The notes beneath the pieces are model-generated. The model made no database searches. It had not been told where the DNA came from and saw only the letters and a program-made list of their open reading frames with translations. Below, one piece after another: positions 57,249-64,000 of a DNA stretch of 64,000 nt. Source of the DNA: Candidatus Adlerbacteria bacterium (GTDB lineage Bacteria > Patescibacteriota > Minisyncoccia > Phycocordibacterales > SBAW01); assembly GCA_903819895.1 (NCBI GenBank), contig CAIJFH010000027.1, positions 1,675 to 65,674 on the forward strand, written 5' to 3'. The translations under genes and the position numbers were made by a program. Position 1 is the stretch's first letter. Each line of letters opens with the position of its first letter.

Positions 57249-57743
57249 ATGGCAAACGACAAGCGCAAGAGCCACCACTTGCTGGCAGGGTTGCTGGTTG
57301 TGTTGGTGCTCGCATTTTTGGCATTGTGGTATGTCGAGTCCACAACACAACACCCAAGCCCAACACCCGTGACAACCGCAACACCAACAAAGCCAGCACT
57401 CGTGCTCCCCGACGGATACACTTCTGACCCGACATACCAACAGCCGTCCACTCTCGCGCTGCGCCACACCAAGAGCAAACACGACCACATATATAGTGGT
57501 GCGTTGGTGGCATCTCCGTGCGACACATTCTCCAGCAGCGTGAGCACCCAGGGCGGGCCGCCCGCACACATCACACTTGGGCTGGTTATCCTGCGACCCG
57601 TGGGCACCTGTGTTGATGGTCCTGCAACCTCAACCCCATTTAGCTTTAGCGTCTCGGCAGCAGGCAGCTCGGCGACAAACCCGGTGTTTGACGCAGTCAC
57701 CATCAATGGCGAGCCAGTGACCATAACCACCACTGACCGATAA
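57249..57743 (+). CDS. Hypothetical membrane-anchored secreted protein
   Basis: A TM helix (LLAGLLVVLVLAFLALWYV) is followed by a Thr/Pro-rich linker and a small domain. Confidence 0.45.
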   Translation: MANDKRKSHHLLAGLLVVLVLAFLALWYVESTTQHPSPTPVTTATPTKPALVLPDGYTSDPTYQQPSTLALRHTKSKHDHIYSGALVASPCDTFSSSVSTQGGPPAHITLGLVILRPVGTCVDGPATSTPFSFSVSAAGSSATNPVFDAVTINGEPVTITTTDR

Positions 57744-57749
57744 TCACTC

Positions 57750-58577
57750 ATGGCCACTCTTGTTGCAAAAGCGGACGGCACCGCAGAACCGTTCGACCCA
57801 TCAAAGCTGCGCACCTCGCTGCGTCGCTCGGGTGCCGATGATGACGTCGCTGAAGAAATCTCCAAAGAAATCGAGACCGAGTTGTACAACAGTATCACCA
57901 CCAGCGAGATTTATCGCCGCGCATTTGCACATCTGCGCGATCATCGCCACAGCGCTGCCGCACGCTACTCGCTCAAGCGCGCGATACTCGACTTTGGCCC
58001 ATCGGGGTTCCCGTTTGAGGCATACCTCGCCGAGCTGTTTCGCACACAAGGGTACAGCGCAAGTATTGATCAAATCGTCAAAGGCGGCTGCGTCGAGCAC
58101 GAGGTAGATGTCGTGCTCAAGAAAGGGGATGAGACAACCTATGTCGAAGCCAAGTTCCACAACACGGCGGGATTTAAGACCGACCTCAAGACAACACTGT
58201 ATGTCAAAGCGCGCATCGACGACATCCGCGCTGCGCGTCCAAACGAGCAGGTGCGTGGGTTGCTGGTCACCAACACCAAATTTACGAGCGTCGCGATGCA
58301 GTACGCGCTGTGCGAGGGGTTGCCACTCCTGGGGTGGGAGTACCCCAACGAGCACAACCTCCATGACCAGATCGACGAAGCAAAGTTGTATCCGATTACC
58401 GCGCTCACCACACTCAGCAAACGTGAGAAAATGGCCCTACTCGGCGACAGAAAAGTCCTCTGTAGCGCCTTGTCGCACGACTCGGACGCGCTGTCGCGGA
58501 TTGGTATCCATGGCAAACGCGCCGACACCATACTCCAAGAGGTGGGGGCATTGTGCCTCCCCAAGAAGGAGCTATAA
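57750..58577 (+). CDS. ATP-cone domain fused to Mrr-like PD-(D/E)xK restriction-endonuclease domain
   Basis: The N-terminus LVAKADGTAEPFDPSKLRTSLRRSG...SEIYRRAFAHL matches the ATP-cone pattern (V.KRDG..E.FD..KI). The D...EAK core is VEHEVDVVLKKGDETTYVEAKFH, with Mrr_cat-like topology. Confidence 0.7.
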   Translation: MATLVAKADGTAEPFDPSKLRTSLRRSGADDDVAEEISKEIETELYNSITTSEIYRRAFAHLRDHRHSAAARYSLKRAILDFGPSGFPFEAYLAELFRTQGYSASIDQIVKGGCVEHEVDVVLKKGDETTYVEAKFHNTAGFKTDLKTTLYVKARIDDIRAARPNEQVRGLLVTNTKFTSVAMQYALCEGLPLLGWEYPNEHNLHDQIDEAKLYPITALTTLSKREKMALLGDRKVLCSALSHDSDALSRIGIHGKRADTILQEVGALCLPKKEL

Positions 58578-58620
58578 TACTAGTGATGGGCATTTTATAA
58601 ATCTTTAGCCGAACAAGCGT

Positions 58621-59349
58621 ATGCAAACGAACAGCAATCAGGGACAGGGGAGCAATCAGAATAATCAGCAAGGCGGACAGCAGAAGTCGACGCTTTCGTG
58701 GTCACAGCCAACCAATACACAAGGCAACAAGCCACAGCAGCAAAGCCAGCCAAGCCGCCCGCTGCCACCAACCGTGCCTGCCTCATCGGGCAGCAACACG
58801 CCGTGGGTTATCGCGGGTGTTATCATTGTTATCGCGCTCATCGTCTGGGGCTTTAACTCGGGACGCAACACAGGCGACCAGCAAGGTGCCGAGAACGCAA
58901 CCAGCACCAACTCGGTAGCAACCGAGACAACCTCCAGCACCACGCCGAGCACATCGGACACTACTGCGACAACCGACAATACCTCTGGTGCTGCAGCCAC
59001 TACGGCAACTACACCAACTACTGCGGGCACGATTGCTGGGCTCACTATTCCATCACCACAAACAGCTGGCATGCAAGTTGCAGTTGCTGCGGTTGATGTC
59101 AGCACCCCAACATGGGTGGTTGTCTACGAGGACAACAACGGCGTCCCGGGCAACGTGCTTGGCGCTGGTCTCTTTACCTCCAGCAACAAAAGCGGTGTTG
59201 TCGAGTTGCTCCGCGGCACGCTCCCGGGCCAGACCTACTTTGTCGGCGAGTCACGCGACGATGGCGACCGTATGTACTCGATGACCAACGACCCGGCAAC
59301 GCGCGACCAGAGCGGCAACCCCGTGTTGACCACCTTCCAAACCAAATAA
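58621..59349 (+). CDS. Hypothetical membrane protein with Q/N-rich N-terminus, Ser/Thr-rich linker and C-terminal beta domain
   Basis: The composition is low-complexity and there is a single TM helix (WVIAGVIIVIALIVWGF). Confidence 0.45.
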   Translation: MQTNSNQGQGSNQNNQQGGQQKSTLSWSQPTNTQGNKPQQQSQPSRPLPPTVPASSGSNTPWVIAGVIIVIALIVWGFNSGRNTGDQQGAENATSTNSVATETTSSTTPSTSDTTATTDNTSGAAATTATTPTTAGTIAGLTIPSPQTAGMQVAVAAVDVSTPTWVVVYEDNNGVPGNVLGAGLFTSSNKSGVVELLRGTLPGQTYFVGESRDDGDRMYSMTNDPATRDQSGNPVLTTFQTK

Positions 59350-59355
59350 GCATCT

Positions 59356-59838
59356 ATGGATACACTGCTGCACACTATATCGCCATTTGGGCTCGCTGAG
59401 TTTGGGTTTATCTGGCGACTCTTGGTGGCAGCGGTGCTGGGCACCCTGATGGGGCTCGAGCGATCCATCGCTGGCAAACATGCAGGCATGCGCACCTACG
59501 CACTCGTGGCGATGGGCTCATGCCTCTTTTGCTTGATCAGTGTCTTGGCGGGGTTTGAGCTCACCAGTTTTGCCGCAACCAACCCGCTTCTTATTGCATC
59601 CTCGGTGGTGGTTGGCATCGGCTTTATCGGCAGCGGGCTGGCGCTCACCCATGGCGAGAAGCTCGGCGAGCTGACCACCGCCTCGGGCGTGTGGGTCGTC
59701 GCTGGTGTTGGCATGGCGTGCGGCTTTGGACTGTTTATCACTGCAGCGGTTGCAACCATTCTCACTATCATCATCTTCTCGTTCTTCTCGCGGGTCGAGC
59801 GCTACCTGCGCATCACTTGGGGAGTTGATGGGCAATAG
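59356..59838 (+). CDS. MgtC/SapB family membrane protein
   Basis: LLVAAVLGTLMGLERSIAGKHAGMRTYALVAMGSCLF is the MgtC signature. Confidence 0.85.
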   Translation: MDTLLHTISPFGLAEFGFIWRLLVAAVLGTLMGLERSIAGKHAGMRTYALVAMGSCLFCLISVLAGFELTSFAATNPLLIASSVVVGIGFIGSGLALTHGEKLGELTTASGVWVVAGVGMACGFGLFITAAVATILTIIIFSFFSRVERYLRITWGVDGQ

Positions 59839-59873
59839 GGTACAATAGGAGCTCGCCTCGCGAGTACGATACT

Positions 59874-60746
59874 ATGAGCTCCTACTATAAACCACATCGC
59901 AACACGGGCTGGAACTATGGTGGCCGCAATTGGCGCCTCTCGCGCAGCAAAATCGCGCTCTTTGTCGAGTGCGCACGTTGCTTCTATATCGACAACAAGC
60001 TCGGCACGGCGCGGCCACCAGGGTTCCCCTTCAATCTCAACTCGGCGGTCGACGCATTGCTCAAGAAAGAGTTCGATATACACCGCACTGCTGCATCGTC
60101 ACACCCGATTATGCAGCAGTATGGCGTCGACGCGGTGCCGTACCAGCATGCCGAGATGGATATTTGGCGCGAGAACTTTAAAGGCATCGAGTTTCGCCAT
60201 CTGCCAACGGGCTTTACTATCGCGGGCGCGGTCGACGATGTGTGGGTCAACCCCCAAGGCGAGCTGATTGTCGTCGACTACAAATCGACCAGCAAGGATG
60301 AAAAAATCGATGCGCTCGACGCCGACTGGCACGACGGCTACAAGCGGCAGATGGAGACGTACCAATGGTTGCTGCGCCAGCGCGGGTTTAAGGTCTCCAA
60401 CACGGGCTACTTTGTCTATGCCAACGCGAGCAAAGATCGCCCCGCGTTCGACGGCAAGCTGGAGTTTGACCTCACGCTGATCCCGCATGTCGGCAATACC
60501 GACTGGATCGAACCAACCATTGCCAAACTCAAACTCTGCCTCGACAGCAACGCGCTCCCCGCCGCTGCACCCGACTGCGACTACTGCACCTACCGCCAAG
60601 CCGTCGAGGATGATTTGCGCGAACACGAGTCAAAACACGGAGGACGGACCTCCGTATCAAAAGAAGTAGAACCCACGCCAGCACCAGCCACAAAACCAGT
60701 AAGCAAAAAATCCAACAGCAGCGAACCAACGGGGCAGCTATTCTAA
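59874..60746 (+). CDS. Cas4/RecB-like PD-(D/E)xK nuclease with four-Cys cluster (orphan, no CRISPR context)
   Basis: N-terminal ECARCFY, the ELIVVDYKSTS core (D, E, K) and C-terminal PDCDYCTY are present. A palindromic GGACGGACC hairpin lies inside the 3' end (60637-60655), so the true stop may be earlier or the tail is a low-complexity extension. Confidence 0.65.
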   Translation: MSSYYKPHRNTGWNYGGRNWRLSRSKIALFVECARCFYIDNKLGTARPPGFPFNLNSAVDALLKKEFDIHRTAASSHPIMQQYGVDAVPYQHAEMDIWRENFKGIEFRHLPTGFTIAGAVDDVWVNPQGELIVVDYKSTSKDEKIDALDADWHDGYKRQMETYQWLLRQRGFKVSNTGYFVYANASKDRPAFDGKLEFDLTLIPHVGNTDWIEPTIAKLKLCLDSNALPAAAPDCDYCTYRQAVEDDLREHESKHGGRTSVSKEVEPTPAPATKPVSKKSNSSEPTGQLF

Positions 60747-60752
60747 CTACCC

Positions 60753-61406
60753 ATGGTTGAAACATCAACAGAAAAAATCATTTACCTTGTCCGACACGGG
60801 CAAACTCATGGGAACGTCGACCCAGTGTTTCAAGGTGTCGACTCAACGCTCAATACGACAGGACGCGAGCAAGCGGAACAAGTAGCGCAACGTGTTGCAA
60901 GATTATCTTTCGATACATTGGTTGCAAGCCCGCGCATGCGCACAAGGGAGACAGCTGAGATTATCGCCCGAGCAACTGGCAAAACTCCGGAATATGCGGA
61001 CGTGTTTGTCGAACGCACCAAACCAACACGCGTCGATGGCAGACCATACACAGACACCGAAGCAAATGCACTCTGGCAGTTATGGGAACAGAGCATCTAT
61101 ACACCGGGCATGCGCGCAGAGGATGGCGAAAATTTTGATGACATTATTGCACGTGCGGACAAGGCGCTCGATTTTCTCCAAAACCGATTCGAACAAGCGC
61201 TCGTGGTCGTAACACATGGACACTTTTTGCGCACACTTGTTGCCCGCATTTTGCTCGGCAGTTCTCTTACTGGCGATAATTTTAGACACTTCCAAGCGAG
61301 CATCAAAACAGAAAATACGGGTATCACTGTATTGAAGTATGACGCAGCACGAACAGAAGCGCCTTGGCGTTTGTGGATCTATAACGACCATGCACATCTT
61401 GGATAA
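60753..61406 (+). CDS. Histidine phosphatase family protein, paralog 2
   Basis: LVRHGQT and VVTHGHF are present. Confidence 0.8.
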   Translation: MVETSTEKIIYLVRHGQTHGNVDPVFQGVDSTLNTTGREQAEQVAQRVARLSFDTLVASPRMRTRETAEIIARATGKTPEYADVFVERTKPTRVDGRPYTDTEANALWQLWEQSIYTPGMRAEDGENFDDIIARADKALDFLQNRFEQALVVVTHGHFLRTLVARILLGSSLTGDNFRHFQASIKTENTGITVLKYDAARTEAPWRLWIYNDHAHLG

Positions 61407-61665
61407 ATCAACATCTTTCGCCGAGCGCGTCCGCGCGGTTGTGGCGCAAATTCCGAAAGGCGAGACAATGACATACCAGCAAGTGGCAACGAAGGCGGGG
61501 AACGCAAACGCTGCGCGAGCGGTTGGCACAGTGATGTCAAAGAACTTTGACCCGAACATCCCGTGCCACCGGGTCGTCCGCTCCGACGGCACACCTGGTG
61601 GGTACAACCGCGGCGGGAGTACTCGCAAAGCAGCACTCCTCCAAGCCGAACACTCGCACACATAG
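61390..61665 (+). CDS. Methylated-DNA-protein-cysteine methyltransferase DNA-binding domain protein (Ogt C-terminal domain only)
   Basis: The PCHRVV active-site motif and the ETMTYQQVA helix are present. The start ATG 61390 overlaps the previous gene by 17 nt. Confidence 0.75.
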   Translation: MHILDKSTSFAERVRAVVAQIPKGETMTYQQVATKAGNANAARAVGTVMSKNFDPNIPCHRVVRSDGTPGGYNRGGSTRKAALLQAEHSHT

Positions 61666-61691
61666 GTCCGTCCTTTGTGCTGCGAAACAAC

Positions 61692-62126
61692 TTACTCGCC
61701 TGACATCTCTGAAAACGCGACACCTTGTTTGATGAGGGGGAGTGCAGCGGCGACTTCTTCAACAACGTTTGTACCAAGCTCGGCGAGCGTCGCCCAGCGC
61801 AAGTCGCCGATTTTCTCTGGCTCGTTGTTGACGGGCTCGCCCTGCCACTTGGTGGTGGTGAAAAAATACTCAACAAGAATGTCCTCGCGATACAGCACAT
61901 GCACAAAACGTAGGTCGTCCGGAGCAATATCGATACCAACCTCCTCTTTTGCCTCGCGAATCATCGCCTCGGTTGGGAGCTCGCCCAGGTCGACATGTCC
62001 TGCGGGCAAGCTATAAAAACCCTCGTGGTAGTCGGTATTTTTCCGCTGTGCAAAAAGATATGTACCATCTTTCTCCAGCACCAAATACACCGCCACCCGC
62101 ACCCGGAGTCGCTCGGTTGTTGTCAT
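61692..62126 (-). CDS. NUDIX hydrolase
   Basis: The Nudix box GHVDLGELPTEAMIREAKEEVGI is present. Confidence 0.8.
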   Translation of the reverse strand: MTTTERLRVRVAVYLVLEKDGTYLFAQRKNTDYHEGFYSLPAGHVDLGELPTEAMIREAKEEVGIDIAPDDLRFVHVLYREDILVEYFFTTTKWQGEPVNNEPEKIGDLRWATLAELGTNVVEEVAAALPLIKQGVAFSEMSGE

Positions 62127-62209
62127 ACTTCAAAGATACCACATATCCATATTGCGACTATATGTCCGTCCTCTGTGCCCCTCTATACCAACTCTTGTAT
62201 ACTAACTGC

Positions 62210-62929
62210 ATGGATGCCAAGGATGTGAAGATGGAGGAGTCATGGAAACGGCGGCTGGCGGGGGAGTTTGAGAAGCCGTACTTTGCCGAGCTGTCGGCGT
62301 TTGTGCGGCAGGAGTACAAAAACGAGGTGGTGTATCCGCCGCCGAAATATATCTTCCGCGCGTTTGACTTGTGCCCGTTCGAGCAGGTGCAGGTCGTGAT
62401 ACTCGGGCAGGATCCGTACCACGGGCCAAAGCAGGCAAACGGCTTGTGCTTCGCGGTCGACGAGGGGACGAAACTCCCGCCCTCGCTGCAAAATATTTTT
62501 AAAGAGATTGCGAGCGAGTATTCAGCAACAGCGTCGGGAGGTGAAACCTCCCAACAAACGAAAGAAGAGCGCGAGGCGCGTGCCCTGCGTAGCTTTAGCG
62601 AAGTAGGGGTGCAGGGCGTATTACTTTTAAATGCGACGCTCACGGTGCGTGCGCATATGGCGGGCTCGCATCAGGGCAAGGGCTGGGAGGAGTTTACCGA
62701 CGCGGCGGTTGCGGCGCTCTCGCAGGAGCGCGAGCATCTCGTCTTTATGCTGTGGGGCAACTACGCAAAAGCAAAAGGCGCACACATCGACCGCACGAAA
62801 CACCTCGTACTCGAAGCGGCGCACCCATCGCCATTCTCTGCCTACAACGGATTCTTCGGCTGCGGACATTTCAAAAAAGCCAACGACTATTTGGTCGCGC
62901 ATGGCAAAAAGCCGATTGATTGGCTGTAA
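62210..62929 (+). CDS. ung: Uracil-DNA glycosylase (family 1)
   Basis: VVILGQDPYHG, GVLLLN and HPSPF are present. The start is ATG 62210 (the ORF extension from 61949 overlaps the Nudix gene). Confidence 0.88.
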   Translation: MDAKDVKMEESWKRRLAGEFEKPYFAELSAFVRQEYKNEVVYPPPKYIFRAFDLCPFEQVQVVILGQDPYHGPKQANGLCFAVDEGTKLPPSLQNIFKEIASEYSATASGGETSQQTKEEREARALRSFSEVGVQGVLLLNATLTVRAHMAGSHQGKGWEEFTDAAVAALSQEREHLVFMLWGNYAKAKGAHIDRTKHLVLEAAHPSPFSAYNGFFGCGHFKKANDYLVAHGKKPIDWL

Positions 62930-62994
62930 CTCATCCAAGGGTAACCCTTGGACAGCCGCTTTTTATATAGAGAGTTCTTCGGTATACTGCCCAC

Positions 62995-64000
62995 ATGAAA
63001 CTCAAGACCACGTGGGATTTGTCGAGGTTGTATTATCCGTCGCTCGGGGACAAAAAACTGATGCAAGATGTCGACACAGGGGACAAGGCGGTTGACGCGT
63101 TTGTCGAGACGTATAGCAAAAACAAAAAGTGGTTGAGCGATCCGAAGGAGCTCAAGAAGGCGCTTGCCGAATACGAAGGGTTGATAAAAAAAGTGTCGCC
63201 ATCGCCGCTGTACTACACAATGTACCGCAAGGAGCTCGACGCGACCGACAAAAAAGCCGAGGCGCTGCAGAACCTGCTCGACGAGCGCTACACCAAGCGC
63301 GGCAACAAGCTGCTCTTTTTTGATTTGGAATTAGCAAAAGTAAGCGCCGCGACGCAAAAGAAGTTTCTCGCTGCGAAAGAGTTGGAGGATTTGCACTACT
63401 GGCTCGAGAAGTTGTTTGAACACGCGCGACACAACCTTTCGGAGAGCGAGGAGCGGCTGCTCTCACTACTCGGCGATGTGTCGTTTGGCCGCTGGGTGCA
63501 GGCAGTTGATAACATTCTCAACACACGCACAGTCACTTGGGGCGGTAAGCAGATCCCGCTCAACGAGGCGCAAGAGACATTAAAGACCTTGCCGATGAAG
63601 CAGCGCCGCGCGCTACACCTTGTTGTTATCGCCGCATACAAGTCGGTCGCCGACATGGCAGAGAGCGAGCTCAACGCGATTGTCACAAAGAAGAAGATTA
63701 CCGACGAGCTGCGCGGCTACGCGGAGCCCTACGACGCGACGATTATGGGCTACGAGAACAATCGCGAAAGTGTCTTGGCACTCGTCGAGGCAGTGACCAA
63801 GCGGTTTGATATCTCCAAGAAGTTTTATCGTGTCAAAGCAAAGATGCTCAAGGAAAAAAAGTTGACCTACGCCGACCGCTCGGCACCGGTGGGCAAGATC
63901 GCCAAGAAAATCCCCTTTGACGAAGCAGCAAAAATCGTCGGCGAAACATTTGGCAAGCTGCATCCGCGCTACAAAGAGATTTTTGAACGACTGCTCCAAA
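62995..64000 (+). CDS. pepF: Oligoendopeptidase F (M3 family), 3'-partial at window end
   Basis: The N-terminal PepF pattern MKLKTTWDLSRLYYPSLGD...WLEKLFEHARHNLSESEERLLSL is present. There is no stop before 64000. Confidence 0.7.
   Translation, partial: MKLKTTWDLSRLYYPSLGDKKLMQDVDTGDKAVDAFVETYSKNKKWLSDPKELKKALAEYEGLIKKVSPSPLYYTMYRKELDATDKKAEALQNLLDERYTKRGNKLLFFDLELAKVSAATQKKFLAAKELEDLHYWLEKLFEHARHNLSESEERLLSLLGDVSFGRWVQAVDNILNTRTVTWGGKQIPLNEAQETLKTLPMKQRRALHLVVIAAYKSVADMAESELNAIVTKKKITDELRGYAEPYDATIMGYENNRESVLALVEAVTKRFDISKKFYRVKAKMLKEKKLTYADRSAPVGKIAKKIPFDEAAKIVGETFGKLHPRYKEIFERLLQ

Overview
This 64 kb window is a gene-dense, GC-rich (about 55-60%) bacterial chromosome segment, mostly housekeeping genes, interrupted by several lower-GC, likely acquired islets. 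Recognisable genes include tgt, ftsA, ybeY, rpsU, a HisRS-like gene, lepB, pth, rpsA, gyrA, the full F1Fo ATP synthase operon atpBEFHAGDC, ychF, leuS, mltG, mnmA and ung. There is a tRNA cluster (Val-CAC, Pro-CGG, Ala-CGC). A large cell-envelope glycan locus spans about 28.4-41.7 kb: a GT2-GT4-GT4 fusion glycosyltransferase, a GT-C-like membrane protein, a GT4, a Wzx-like flippase, two paralogous GH5-like hydrolases, a PIG-L/LmbE deacetylase with a peptidoglycan-binding domain, and a CAP-domain protein. The most striking region is a low-GC islet directly 3' of the tRNA cluster (16.2-18.7 kb). It carries a radical-SAM/SPASM enzyme, an unannotated 28-38 aa Cys-rich peptide gene (core DSCDCWCDYDKGN) and a HExxH-motif protein. 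This looks like an undescribed RiPP-like peptide-maturation cassette. Other notable features are: a roughly 1 kb ORF-free region upstream of rpsA with minus-strand promoters and terminators, a strongly SD-preceded 57-aa ORF and a candidate structured RNA; families of intergenic palindromic hairpins (GGACGGACC core; TCCAAGGGTAACCCTTGGA); an AT-rich islet next to a Fic/DOC-RhuM protein; a HicBA pair with Nudix and a HEPN-like AT-rich gene; an ATP-cone-Mrr nuclease fusion; and an orphan Cas4-like nuclease. All calls come from reading the sequence and six-frame translations by eye. No database searches were run.
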